Shown here: piece by piece, positions 44,101 to 52,988 of the stretch
Position numbering within the stretch: position 1 is the first letter of the stretch
Layout: each line of letters opens with the position of its first letter
From: a virus
Direction: 5' to 3' (one strand)
Length of the DNA: 64,000 nucleotides
Virus record (IMG/VR): IMGVR_UViG_3300020416_000001
Span: 32,001-96,000 of that record
The notes under the pieces: model-generated
The model's database searches: none
Seen by the model: only the letters and a program-made list of their open reading frames with translations
Told to the model about the DNA's origin: nothing
Translations under genes and position numbers: made by a program

Positions 44101-45384
44101 GAAGTAACAGTGCATCACGCAAACCACTGTATGCACGATGCTGCTAACAACGTTAATATTACAGGCGTTATCTCAGAAGTTGCTCCTACAATTATTGACT
44201 CTGCATACCATACAAACGGTATCACTGCATCTGATGGTGTCTCAGGTACATTCCAGTTACACGTACAAGATGCATCTGCATTCCACTCTCTAGTGAATGG
44301 TACTCAAGTATCTACTAGTAACCCTGGATATATTATTCTTCGTGACCCTGACATCGGTCAGAAACACTTTGAGATTATTCAATATAATAACATCTCTGAT
44401 GATGGTAAGATCTTAACACTTCCTTCAGGTTCTCGTGGTCAGGCAGGAACTGGTGCTCTGGTTCACAACGCCAACACTATTGTTGAATGTTACAACCTAG
44501 ATGGTATTCCTCTAGTTGAGATCAACAAACTTCATACACAAATCGGTTCACCTACACTTGATACTTACAAGATTGCAGTCACATCAGTTTCTAGCAATGG
44601 TATTAGAAACGGTGGATCAAGAGTTACATCAACGCAGAACATCCAGTTTGAGCAGTTCTATCCTCAGATTCAGATGACTGTATATCCTGAAACTGATGTT
44701 GATCCTAGAATCAACGTTGTATCTGCTACTTCTCTAAGAGATGGTGCTAATACAGATGAAGCATCATTCATTAATGACGGTGTATTCATCGATTGTATCG
44801 CTAACGAAGACAACTACCTTGGATTCCCCAAGATGGTTTGCTCACAAGTTAACGAAGATGCAAAACTATCTGGTTCTAAATCACTGAACTTCCAGTTATT
44901 GATGAGCACAAACAACAAGAACTTGTCACCAATCGTTGACCGTGATCGTTGTTCAATCATCACAACTTCAAATAGAATCAATGAAATCCCTGCTGCTAAC
45001 TCTAATGCAGAAGATAGAACAGGTGATCTCAATAGTGCAGTCTACATCACCAAAGTGATCAACTTGCTTCAACCTGCTAACTCCTTGAGAGTTGCATTCG
45101 AAGCGTGGCGACACCCTGACACCGAAATCCACGTAATGTATCGTACGATGCCAGTGGGTACCTCATTAACCTTTGATGAGATCGGTTATACATATTTCAA
45201 CGGTAACGGAAAGGAAGACAAAACTGTGCCTAAGACAGAAGGGATTCTGTACCGAGACCTTGAATATACCAATGAGGGAACAGAGTTTAGTTCTGCACAG
45301 ATCAAAATTATTATGGTCTCCAAGAATCAAGCGTACGTTCCTGAAATCAAGAACCTCCGTGTAATGGCATTAAGTGACCTCTAA
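38173..45384 (+). CDS. VrlC-like (DUF4815-type) large virion structural protein
   Basis: MPQNTNLNIAPYFDDFD...YRVLFRPGYPIQARELTTLQS, RRFTMRDIGRIEKRVDNLEYYTSL, FKNGFLVDNF, DPLAQSF, LFKSQNASTW. Confidence 0.88.
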   Translation: MPQNTNLNIAPYFDDFDKANNFYRVLFRPGYPIQARELTTLQSLMQNQVESFGTHMFKDGSMVIPGQIGYDLDAKAVILQGSFLGADVEQYRDQITGTIVEGLTTGIKAKVLFSISSTESERGYITLYVKYLTSGGEDSDTRQFVNNEQLICASEITFGSSLIEIGTPFAQLLPTNSTAVGSTAAIAQGVYFIRGHFVDVNAQTIILDQYTNNPSYRIGLEIFESIVTPEDDPSLNDNATGTSNYSAPGAHRFRIRTSLVKKVIDDDTDKNFIELLRINKSQVESFVERTAYNELEKELARRTFDESGDYTVRDYDVRVREHLNDGSNGGVYLPGENSPAGLGASSAHYAVEIGPGKAYVRGFESETLVPTFIDLAKPRDTLALQNSIIPFELGQYMLMSNVKGSPIINGNNITANYQVIEFRDQFQNGNLSSQGQIVALGRIAAYEYHSGTTVNSTNTVFKAYIFDLQPLTIFKTDAAVTLTQGHVIRGRTSKAKAFVEGDVSGGQIFNVYQVYGTFRNGEILERDGIEIGTLNDHFSFEVTDARSMIGRDPDTNNIRFAGDLLTDAQVVIVGTNFNLSSGGATGTLTGTQSNFTLDIRPNDIFTQNGTNSLLIDRISTISGNIDNKITTATTASYSGNNIAAGDYGFLVRLRPQIYDRETADLMIEMPKESINQISDESCIVARSFDDITVTGANDFTISLPADEQFLAYDKDHYQLVSLAPTPGTLIDIESSLAFNSTGTPRTSLTVSGLTGVTSCRLIASISKNQAEKKLKNATQMEVMKVERTSNSSDSVKYGLAYGSLYGTRIEDEEISLGSTDVYNIHAIYESVDNNPAVIPNLQMQDATIFKEGTVIEGQTSKAKARVVNFNAVSYICHFVYENDQFFQLGETVRGFDANDEVITGLINDAEGSINNGSRNITSDYFLDPNQKGHFYDISKLIRYASSTKPLRKLMIVFDRFTHEATGDYFAAQSYVGIDYGRIPSFTENGITKELRDVLDFRPAVTPVLSGSGTVGSPYYVNCASLDFKDRGFSSGGVANNATVIDIPKPESDFRCDYDYYLGRVDKLFLTNQQEFKIAKGISGENQELPADMDNAMLLATFFHKPYGYSPDDVRISRENNRRFTMRDIGRIEKRVDNLEYYTSLNLLEMETASFSVKDADGFDKFKNGFLVDNFTSFDSAQTVHEDFACALDFREGILRAAHYTTNVSLEYNDTASTDMTNHSVGTLTLPYNEIQFIVQPYASRVENVNPFNVFAYIGRLDLFPSSDDWVAEEREPDRVVNIEGDFTARVQALGGDSNTGFVPTQWNSWRTNWSSSSTSSSSQFMRRGHWPFIRRINTNTTTTVSSQSRTGIRTNVVPRIDRQSLGDRVIERTVIPFIRSRNIAFKIQRLKPNTRFYAFIDNVNINFYTTPRLLEVIKNPIDDTRTNNTPFVVGETVVGQTSDCHLKLMDPNVGFDDDINPFDSSELPSSYASTTPLLNIDTKIMSETVAGQYYGNPLEGEILVGQTSGARAVVKTKRLVANTNGDLEGIIWIPNPGVDTNPRFATGTRVVRLTTSATDSRVPGQVDSAASANYVASGVIETKQTTILAVRNADIVRDTVTQGRTVNSSSTSTRDTGWYDPLAQSFLVESKGGAFLTGAELYFNTKDERIPVSVQVREMANGYPTTKVLAFSDVTLLPSQINLSENGTVSTKFTFPSPVYVTENREYCLVVLSDSNEYKLWISRMGEDDITNDRTISEQPYAGVLFKSQNASTWTADQYEDLKFILHKAEFTMNKVGTAVFNNSELALGNGGISRLRHNPIETLKPQLKIILSDHIANFTIGAEITQTDTNPVPSAIVREVVQGISGSSNAYIIVDDVQGEFREGVASGANYIYRLVSSRSIANLTLTGVTGTFQVDETITNGSGASGMVTAFNAGTGVLTVKSVTGTFNAADPITQTVGGSTVGSGTVASGGVALSGDDINDYPAAPISYFNRATEVTVHHANHCMHDAANNVNITGVISEVAPTIIDSAYHTNGITASDGVSGTFQLHVQDASAFHSLVNGTQVSTSNPGYIILRDPDIGQKHFEIIQYNNISDDGKILTLPSGSRGQAGTGALVHNANTIVECYNLDGIPLVEINKLHTQIGSPTLDTYKIAVTSVSSNGIRNGGSRVTSTQNIQFEQFYPQIQMTVYPETDVDPRINVVSATSLRDGANTDEASFINDGVFIDCIANEDNYLGFPKMVCSQVNEDAKLSGSKSLNFQLLMSTNNKNLSPIVDRDRCSIITTSNRINEIPAANSNAEDRTGDLNSAVYITKVINLLQPANSLRVAFEAWRHPDTEIHVMYRTMPVGTSLTFDEIGYTYFNGNGKEDKTVPKTEGILYRDLEYTNEGTEFSSAQIKIIMVSKNQAYVPEIKNLRVMALSDL

Positions 45385-45598
45385 AGAATTCATTCCCGTG
45401 AAAGGACATCCCGATTTAGTTCGGGATTCCGAATCGAAAGCGGTACTAAATACAAAACCGACTCCCCCTGGAAACGCTGCTAAGAAGCGTAAACAAAGGG
45501 ATGATACTATCGATAACTTGAAATCTGACGTAGATGTGCTAAAATCAGATATGTCGGAAATCAAATCCTTACTGAAAACATTATTGGAGCAACGCTAA
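45374..45598 (+). CDS. small coiled-coil virion-associated protein
   Basis: VKGHPDLVRD..SKAVLN plus C-terminal heptads; typical position after VrlC-like gene. Confidence 0.75.
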   Translation: MTSKEFIPVKGHPDLVRDSESKAVLNTKPTPPGNAAKKRKQRDDTIDNLKSDVDVLKSDMSEIKSLLKTLLEQR

Positions 45599-45828
45599 TG
45601 CCCGCTGATCAAACTGAAACAGTTGACCAAGAGAAACTTCTTGGAGATTTCAAAGACCGCTACAAGCGTCTTATTGAAGATAATCAAAGAATGGCAAAGA
45701 TCATTCGTAATAATGAACAACAAGCACTTAAACTACAAGGTGCTATTGAAACTCTCGAATATTGCCTCGGAAATGGGGAAGAAGAAGCAGAAGCACCACC
45801 CGAAGTGGACAACGTGGACGCTGCATAA
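45598..45828 (+). CDS. small coiled-coil hypothetical protein
   Basis: ORF track; KLQGAIETLE motif; followed by terminator. Confidence 0.7.
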   Translation: MPADQTETVDQEKLLGDFKDRYKRLIEDNQRMAKIIRNNEQQALKLQGAIETLEYCLGNGEEEAEAPPEVDNVDAA

Positions 45829-45833
45829 TCCCT

Positions 45834-45858
45834 GGACCCGAAAGGGTCCTCTTTTTTT
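45834..45858 (+). terminator. Rho-independent terminator
   Basis: GGACCC-GAAA-GGGTCC stem with GNRA loop followed by TCTTTTTTT. Confidence 0.9.
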
Positions 45859-45861
45859 GCG

Positions 45862-45869
45862 TATAAATA
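45862..45869 (+). promoter_or_regulatory. T4 late promoter TATAAATA
   Basis: Perfect consensus immediately after terminator, upstream of fibre gene. Confidence 0.8.
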
Positions 45870-45920
45870 TTCCGAGAGGCATTTTCTGTCCGTTATCGGA
45901 TACCCCACGTGTGTTAAACA

Positions 45921-48900
45921 ATGGCAAATAGAATCCAATTAAGACGTGATGGTGCTCAGCAGTGGGCAAACATCAATCCAATCCTTGCACAAGGTGAACT
46001 AGGAATCGAAATCGATACTTCACGTATCAAAATCGGTGACGGTGTTACCCCTTGGAACTCATTGAAATATGAGCGACCATTGGAGACGGAATCAAACGCT
46101 GCAAATACGCTTGTCAAGAGAGACGCTGACGGTAACTTCCAAGCAGGTGCTGTCACGGCGACGCTAATCGGTAATGCCTCAACTGCCACTAGACTCTCTA
46201 ACGCACGTCAAATACAATTAGCAGGACAGATTACTGGATCAGGTTCTTTTGATGGATCTTCTAACCTGACACTTAATACTGATCTGTCTCTGATCACAAC
46301 TCTGCCTCACTACGATCCCGCTAACCCTAGTGCTGAATCAACTTATACTAGAGTTAGGGTTAACTCACAAGGTCGTGTGGTGGGTGCTGAACTTGCTTCT
46401 ACATTAGCAGACTATGGTATCACTGATGCTCAGGCATTGGATGATGACCTTACATCACTTGCACAACTTACGAACGTTGGTATTCTTGTTCGTGCATCGC
46501 AAGGAAATATTATAACCAGACAGTTAACTGGTGGTGGAGGAAGAATTATATTTACAGTTCCTGACGGAACATCACAGAACCCATTCATCGATCTTGCTGA
46601 TACTGCTGTCGTTGTTGGATCATACAATACTGAATCCCTGACATCTGTCACTGGTAATGCTTCTAGCGAGACTGTAAACGCAACTAAATTTACAGTTGAC
46701 AGATATGGTCGTTTGACTGCTGCGTTGACTGTGCCTATTGCCACAGCAACAGAAGGATCTAAGTATGCAGTTTACGATGCAGGTACACCATATAATAGAT
46801 ACGATATTATTGAGAATGCAAGCAACGTTTATCAAGCGATTGCTGATATTGCAGCAGCACAAGGTGCTCCTACACATTCTACTGAGACTATAACTTATGC
46901 TGTTACTGTAAATGCAGAACCAGATGGAAATAAGTATTACTTAGATGGATCAATCTATCCTAATCTAACATTCAAGAGAGGAAGTACATATATCTTCAAT
47001 CAGGATGATGCTTCTAACGTTCTTCATCCGTTGCACTTTAGTGAAACATCTAATGGCACACACGGCGGTGGATCCGTCTATAATGTAGGAGTTACCTATA
47101 AACTTGATGGTGTAGTAGTATCATACTCTGATTACTACGATACTACCAACTTTACCAACGCAACAACACGTCAGGTAGAGATTGTAGTACCAAGAAATGC
47201 ACCTAAGTTGCTACATTACTATTGCTACTACCATTCTGGTATGGCAAACAATGCGTACATTGATGTTGTACATAGCGACTCTGGAAACTGGAGATGGTTG
47301 AACCCTGTTGCTGTTGAGCAAAAAGGACTAGCATCTTTTGCACAAGAAGACTTTGACGTCGATGGTAATGGACACGTTGTTATCGCTGCTAGTTCAGTGG
47401 ACAACACACAACTGCAGAATAATGTAGTTGGATTCGCAGATGGTAACACGGTCGAAACTTTTGAACTTGATAACGAACTCACTCCCACATCGGGATACAG
47501 AGGATTTAACTACTTAAACTATGTCAAAATTAACGATACTTCAGGGAATCTGTTATTCTCTGCTAATAATACTGGCGACTCTGGTAGTGGAGAGATTGAT
47601 ATTAATGTAAGGTCATATTATAGTGACCCTGACATTACACTGGATGGTACCGTAAATCAAACACTTGACAAAACAGGTGACGGTAACTTAACATTCCAAA
47701 CTACACAAGACAGTACATCTGATAGAGATCTTAATATTCTTGCTACTAACGCAGGATCTGGATCCTCTAACATTAAGATTACTGCCGAAGATACTGTACA
47801 GATCAATGCATCTGCAGGATCAGGTAAAATTTGGATCGAAGATGCCAGACTTCAAGACAACTACATTGCTACGACTAATTCAACTCTTAACCTTGACCCA
47901 GGTGATGACAGAGCAAACACTGGTACAGTCCGAGTTTGGGGTGACCTACAAGTCGATGGAACAACAACGACTGTTAACAGTACGACTGTTACTATTGATG
48001 ACCCTATCTTTACCCTTGGTGGAGACACTACACCTGTATCCGATGATGGATTAGATCGTGGTATTGAGTTCAAATACTATGACACTCAAGCAAGAATCGG
48101 TTTCTTTGGATGGGACGAAGATCTAACACGTCTTGATTCTGGAACTGGTGGTTATGCATTCCTTTATAATGCAACAAATAGTAGTGAGACATTTACTGGA
48201 ACTGACGCTTACATCAAGGCAGGTGCTCTTTCCTTAACCACAAACACTGGATCTACATCAACTACTACAGGTACACTTGTAGTTACTGGTGGTGTTGGCA
48301 TCTCAGAGAATGTTCACGTTGGTGGAGAGGTTACAGTTGCAGGTCAGACAGAAATTAATGACACCGTTCTTATCAAGTCTGATAACGAAGACTTTAAGAT
48401 TCAGACTGGAGCAGGTGTAGATAAGTTTACAGTTGATACTGACACAGGTAACACAGTTATCGAAGGTACTCTTGATGTACAACTCGAAACTACAGTTACT
48501 GACAACCTAATCGTTCAAGCAGATAACAAGAAGTTTGAAGTTAAGTCTGCTAACGGTACATCCAAGTTTGATATTGATACAGATAATGGTAACACCCACA
48601 CAGATGGTACGCTTGATGTTGATGGAGGAGTAACATTCAACAGCACTCTCGATGTTGATAACAATACAACATTGAATGCTGAGTTGGATGTTGATGGTAA
48701 TTCAACCTTCCACAATAATATTCTTCTCGATACAACTGGCAAGACGCTGACCATTACAAATGGTTCTACTAATAAGTTCCAAGTTACTAGCACAAATGGT
48801 AACACTGATATTGAAGGAACTCTAAACGTTGCTCAGTTTGTATATCTTGAGGATAACGATGTACCTACAATCTCTACTGACGGTAGCAATAACTTTGTTA

Positions 48901-51900
48901 TCAGTGGTGGTGATTACGGTGCATTTAGATTTGATGGTGGTGGTTACGTTGAAGGAGACACTCTATTCAATAGTGACATCTACATCAACGGTGCTATCAA
49001 TCAGAAAGACCAAGGTACTCAGACTGAGACATTCAGTACACAGAACTACCTAAGAGTAAGATATAAGTTCAGAGCAGGTACAACTGCTGCACTCACACCT
49101 AGTTTTGCAACCGATAATGGTTCTAACTTGAGAGTATTTGGTGGTGCAGGTATTGCTACCGACCTTCACATCGGTGACGATCTATTCATCGGTAAACTAA
49201 ACAGTGGTGATACCGTTGAGTTTAGTGTACTTGGTGAGTCTGGTAATACTGAGATTGGTAGAACTGGACAAGGTTCGAACTCTGCAGGTACTCTAACTGT
49301 TCACGGTGACGGTACATTTAACCGAAACGTCGCAATCAATGGCAATACAACCATTGGTAATCAGAACTCTGACACTCTTACAGTCAATGCTGTCACACAG
49401 TTCACTGATAATGCAACTGTTGACGGAGACTTGACAGTCAATCAGAACGCATTGATCGAGGGTAACCTCACTGTTAATGGAGTTACAACAACTGTCAACT
49501 CAACCACAACACAACTTGATGATCCTGTTATCACACTTGGTGGAGATACCGCTCCTCAGTCATCAGATGCCAAGGATCGTGGTGTTGAGTTTAGATATTT
49601 TGATGGAACTGCCAAGATAGGATTCTTTGGTTGGGACAATTCTGCTTCAAGATTTGCTCTCTTCCACGCTGCAACCAATTCAAGCGAAGCATTTACAGGT
49701 ACAAGATCAGGAATCGATGCAGGATCTATCAAGTTATTCGATACCACTTCTGCAACTAACTCTAGTTCTGGTGCTCTTATCGTTGGTGGCGGTGCAGGTA
49801 TCGGTGAGGATCTATTTATTGGTGATGATCTTTCGGTTGGCGATGACGCTTCTATCGGAGGAAACCTCGCAGTAACAGGAACATTTGATGTTACTAACGA
49901 TCTCGCAGTTAATAATAATAAGTTTACTGTAAACTCAGCAACTGGCGATACACAGGTAGCAGGAACCTTTGGATCCACTGGTGCTGCCACACTGTCCTCT
50001 ACACTGGCGGTAACTAGCAATACCACTATCGGTGGTACTTTAGGCGTTACGAACGCTACAACGCTTTCTAGCACCCTCTCAGTAACCTCTAACACAGACA
50101 TTGGCGGAACTCTAGATGTTGACGGAGCAACCAATGTTACCAATACCCTTGGTGTTACTGGAGTTACCTCTCTCACTAACAACGCTTCAGCAACTACCAC
50201 AGGTAGTTACACTGGCGATGGTGCACTGAGAGTCACAGGTGGTGCTTCTATCGGAAACAATCTGGTAGTTGCAGGCGACGTCAGATTCTATGGCAACTCT
50301 GTAATTGATGGAACTGTTTCATACGCATCCATCCAAACTTACGCAGAGAAAGTTAGATTCAATAATAATGCTGATGCTGTTACTGCATCTAGCAATGTTG
50401 CCTCAGTATTCACACAAGGTGGATTGGCAGTATCTAAGAAAGCATTCATTGGTAATGACCTAGATGTTGGTGGTGGTAACTTCACCGTTGACGGTCCTAC
50501 AGGTAATACTAATGTTAGCGGTAACTTTGGTGTTATCGGTTCATCCACAGTTTCAACTATCACCGCTTCTGGTGTTGCCGATCTACAGTCTACTGTAACT
50601 ATCGGTGGTAACCTTGCAGTTGGTAATAACAAGTTCAACGTTAACTCTTCTAACGGTAACACTGACATCGATGGTTCACTTGATGTTCTTGGTCAAACCG
50701 TTATTGATGACACACTGAATGTAACTCAGGCAGTTGACTTTGACAGCACACTGAATGTTGATGGTGGAACTACACTGAATGCTGCTCTTGTAAACAACAG
50801 CACTTCATTACTGAAAGATAACGTCATCCTTCGTGGTGCATCTAAGTCACTCAAACTACAGAACGGTAACAGTCAAGACAAGATTACTCTTGAGTCCACA
50901 ACTGGACACGTTACTATGGCAGGTAACTTGGTTACTTCTGGAACTGGTGCATTCACTGATGCCGTCACAATGGGCAACACCTTGAATGTAACTGGTCAGA
51001 TCACAGGTAACTTGACTGGTGATGTTACTGGTACATCAACGAACGCAGATAATATTGACGTCAACAATACAAACAATAATACAATCTTCTATCCAATGTT
51101 TGCAGCAGCGAACACTGGACATACTGGTGCGTTTGTTGACTCCGCTAACCTTACATACAACCCATTCTCTAACACTCTAACAGTTAACAACTTCACATCT
51201 ACCACGAACTTTGAAGTTCAAGGTAATATGAACGTTACTGGAACGATTACCTTCGGTCAGTCACAGGTTGGTTCTATCGCTAACCACAATACTGACGCTC
51301 TTACTGAGGGTACAAGCAATCTATACTTCACTAACGAAAGAGTTGATGATAGAGTTAACGCTCTAATCACTGGTGGTACAGGTATTACTGCAACTTATGA
51401 TGACGCAGGAAATATCCTAACCTTGAGTGCAACTCAGTCAGACATCAATACAGACAACGTAACCGAAGGATCGACCAACCTGTTCACCACTGCTGCTCGA
51501 TCAAGGACGCACTTTACCTACGGAACGGGTATTGAGTTGTCTGGTAGTGGTGAACTCTCTGTTACTCAAGGAGATATTAACACTGATAATATCACCGAGG
51601 GTTCAACAAATATCTTCTATACCAATGCTAGGTTTGATACCCAGTTAGCAACTAAGGATACAGGAGATCTTACTGAAGGATCTAACCTTTATTACACAGA
51701 CGCTCGTGCTGATGCAAGAATTGCTGCAGCAACTACAAGTGATCTGACTGAAGGATCTAATCTATACTTTACTGATGCTAGAGCGGACGCGAGAATCGCT
51801 GCTGCATCTACCAGTGACCTTTCCGAAGGAACAAATCTTTATCATACAACTGCTAGGGCACGTGCTTCTATCAGTGCAGGTGGAGATCTCTCATACAACG

Positions 51901-52187
51901 CCTCTACTGGTGTAATGAGTGTTACTCTTCCGACTGTATTCTCTGGTAACTACAACGATCTATCTAACCTACCTTCGCTCTTCTCTGGAGCATACAATGA
52001 TCTGACTGGTAAACCAACCCTCGGAACCGCTGCTGCTACAGCGTCTACAGATTATGCTACTGCTGCACAAGGTGCTAAAGCAGATTCTGCATTGCAGGCA
52101 GAAACAATTACATTAGCACAACTTAAAACTGCTGCTGCGAACTCCGCTACTTATGCTGCGTTCCAAGCTGCAATCGCTGCTCTCTAA
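45921..52187 (+). CDS. long tail/whisker fibre protein (2088 aa)
   Basis: MANRIQLRRD...W...NPILAQGELGIEIDT...KIGDG N-terminus (fibre/major-tropism-determinant-like); GALxVxGGxGI and LDVDG beta-helix repeats; C-terminal EGSNLY repeats. Confidence 0.85.
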   Translation: MANRIQLRRDGAQQWANINPILAQGELGIEIDTSRIKIGDGVTPWNSLKYERPLETESNAANTLVKRDADGNFQAGAVTATLIGNASTATRLSNARQIQLAGQITGSGSFDGSSNLTLNTDLSLITTLPHYDPANPSAESTYTRVRVNSQGRVVGAELASTLADYGITDAQALDDDLTSLAQLTNVGILVRASQGNIITRQLTGGGGRIIFTVPDGTSQNPFIDLADTAVVVGSYNTESLTSVTGNASSETVNATKFTVDRYGRLTAALTVPIATATEGSKYAVYDAGTPYNRYDIIENASNVYQAIADIAAAQGAPTHSTETITYAVTVNAEPDGNKYYLDGSIYPNLTFKRGSTYIFNQDDASNVLHPLHFSETSNGTHGGGSVYNVGVTYKLDGVVVSYSDYYDTTNFTNATTRQVEIVVPRNAPKLLHYYCYYHSGMANNAYIDVVHSDSGNWRWLNPVAVEQKGLASFAQEDFDVDGNGHVVIAASSVDNTQLQNNVVGFADGNTVETFELDNELTPTSGYRGFNYLNYVKINDTSGNLLFSANNTGDSGSGEIDINVRSYYSDPDITLDGTVNQTLDKTGDGNLTFQTTQDSTSDRDLNILATNAGSGSSNIKITAEDTVQINASAGSGKIWIEDARLQDNYIATTNSTLNLDPGDDRANTGTVRVWGDLQVDGTTTTVNSTTVTIDDPIFTLGGDTTPVSDDGLDRGIEFKYYDTQARIGFFGWDEDLTRLDSGTGGYAFLYNATNSSETFTGTDAYIKAGALSLTTNTGSTSTTTGTLVVTGGVGISENVHVGGEVTVAGQTEINDTVLIKSDNEDFKIQTGAGVDKFTVDTDTGNTVIEGTLDVQLETTVTDNLIVQADNKKFEVKSANGTSKFDIDTDNGNTHTDGTLDVDGGVTFNSTLDVDNNTTLNAELDVDGNSTFHNNILLDTTGKTLTITNGSTNKFQVTSTNGNTDIEGTLNVAQFVYLEDNDVPTISTDGSNNFVISGGDYGAFRFDGGGYVEGDTLFNSDIYINGAINQKDQGTQTETFSTQNYLRVRYKFRAGTTAALTPSFATDNGSNLRVFGGAGIATDLHIGDDLFIGKLNSGDTVEFSVLGESGNTEIGRTGQGSNSAGTLTVHGDGTFNRNVAINGNTTIGNQNSDTLTVNAVTQFTDNATVDGDLTVNQNALIEGNLTVNGVTTTVNSTTTQLDDPVITLGGDTAPQSSDAKDRGVEFRYFDGTAKIGFFGWDNSASRFALFHAATNSSEAFTGTRSGIDAGSIKLFDTTSATNSSSGALIVGGGAGIGEDLFIGDDLSVGDDASIGGNLAVTGTFDVTNDLAVNNNKFTVNSATGDTQVAGTFGSTGAATLSSTLAVTSNTTIGGTLGVTNATTLSSTLSVTSNTDIGGTLDVDGATNVTNTLGVTGVTSLTNNASATTTGSYTGDGALRVTGGASIGNNLVVAGDVRFYGNSVIDGTVSYASIQTYAEKVRFNNNADAVTASSNVASVFTQGGLAVSKKAFIGNDLDVGGGNFTVDGPTGNTNVSGNFGVIGSSTVSTITASGVADLQSTVTIGGNLAVGNNKFNVNSSNGNTDIDGSLDVLGQTVIDDTLNVTQAVDFDSTLNVDGGTTLNAALVNNSTSLLKDNVILRGASKSLKLQNGNSQDKITLESTTGHVTMAGNLVTSGTGAFTDAVTMGNTLNVTGQITGNLTGDVTGTSTNADNIDVNNTNNNTIFYPMFAAANTGHTGAFVDSANLTYNPFSNTLTVNNFTSTTNFEVQGNMNVTGTITFGQSQVGSIANHNTDALTEGTSNLYFTNERVDDRVNALITGGTGITATYDDAGNILTLSATQSDINTDNVTEGSTNLFTTAARSRTHFTYGTGIELSGSGELSVTQGDINTDNITEGSTNIFYTNARFDTQLATKDTGDLTEGSNLYYTDARADARIAAATTSDLTEGSNLYFTDARADARIAAASTSDLSEGTNLYHTTARARASISAGGDLSYNASTGVMSVTLPTVFSGNYNDLSNLPSLFSGAYNDLTGKPTLGTAAATASTDYATAAQGAKADSALQAETITLAQLKTAAANSATYAAFQAAIAAL
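51290..51870 (+). repeat. T[DS]xL[TS]EG[ST]NL[YF][YF]TxAR peptide repeats in fibre C-terminus
   Basis: About six copies visible in translation, with nucleotide-level similarity (ctgaaggatctaa). Confidence 0.85.
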
Positions 52188-52193
52188 TAACAA

Positions 52194-52988
52194 ATGGCAA
52201 ATCCTACCTCTAAAGCAGAACTCAAAGAGTATGCACTCCGTAGACTGGGCAAACCAGTCTTGGAAGTTAACGTATCAGACGATCAGATTGATGATGCTAT
52301 CGATTATACTATCGAGAAGTTTCAGGTCTATCATTATGGTGGATCAGAAAAAGTATTTCTAAAGCATCAGTTTACTGCTGCTGAGATTACTGCATTTCAA
52401 TCAGACACTACTGAGACGGTAGGTAGTACAGAGTTCAAGACTCAGAATAACTATCTGGATCTGCCACCACATATCTCATCAGTGAACGGTATCTTTACCT
52501 TTACTGATAAGGGTACTCGTAATATGTTTGACATTCGTTATCAGATGAGATTGAATGATCTGTTTGATTTTACATCAACACAGTTCTATCATTATTATAT
52601 GATTCAGACACACCTTGAAACAATCAACTTCTTGTTGGAAGGTATGAAACCAACTAGATTTAATGCTACACAAGGTCGTCTTTATATTGACTTCGATGCT
52701 AAGACTGATGTAGTCGATGGTGGGTTTGTGATTATCGATTGCGTTCGTGCTCTTGATCCTGCAAACTGGAGCAAGATATATGGAACAATTTGGGTGAAAG
52801 ATTATGCAACTGCAATGATCAAAAAGTATTGGGGACAAAACCTAACGAAGTTCCAAAACGTGCAACTTCCTGGTGGTGTCACCTTGAACGGAGAAAAGAT
52901 TTACAGTGATGCGATTACTGAACTAGAAAACCTAGATGAAACTCTCCGTACCACATACGAAATGCCACCTCTAGATATGATAGGGTAA
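52194..52988 (+). CDS. gp13: neck protein gp13
   Basis: ELKEYALRRLGKPVLEVNV, WVKDYATAMIKKYWGQNLTKF..VQLPGGVTLNG. Confidence 0.95.
   Translation: MANPTSKAELKEYALRRLGKPVLEVNVSDDQIDDAIDYTIEKFQVYHYGGSEKVFLKHQFTAAEITAFQSDTTETVGSTEFKTQNNYLDLPPHISSVNGIFTFTDKGTRNMFDIRYQMRLNDLFDFTSTQFYHYYMIQTHLETINFLLEGMKPTRFNATQGRLYIDFDAKTDVVDGGFVIIDCVRALDPANWSKIYGTIWVKDYATAMIKKYWGQNLTKFQNVQLPGGVTLNGEKIYSDAITELENLDETLRTTYEMPPLDMIG

Noticed and set aside
51290-52030. Repeats in the fibre 3' end as a possible CRISPR array or DGR template/variable repeat
   Set aside because: In-frame degenerate peptide repeats with synonymous variation; no spacers, no adenine-specific mismatch pattern, no reverse transcriptase in window
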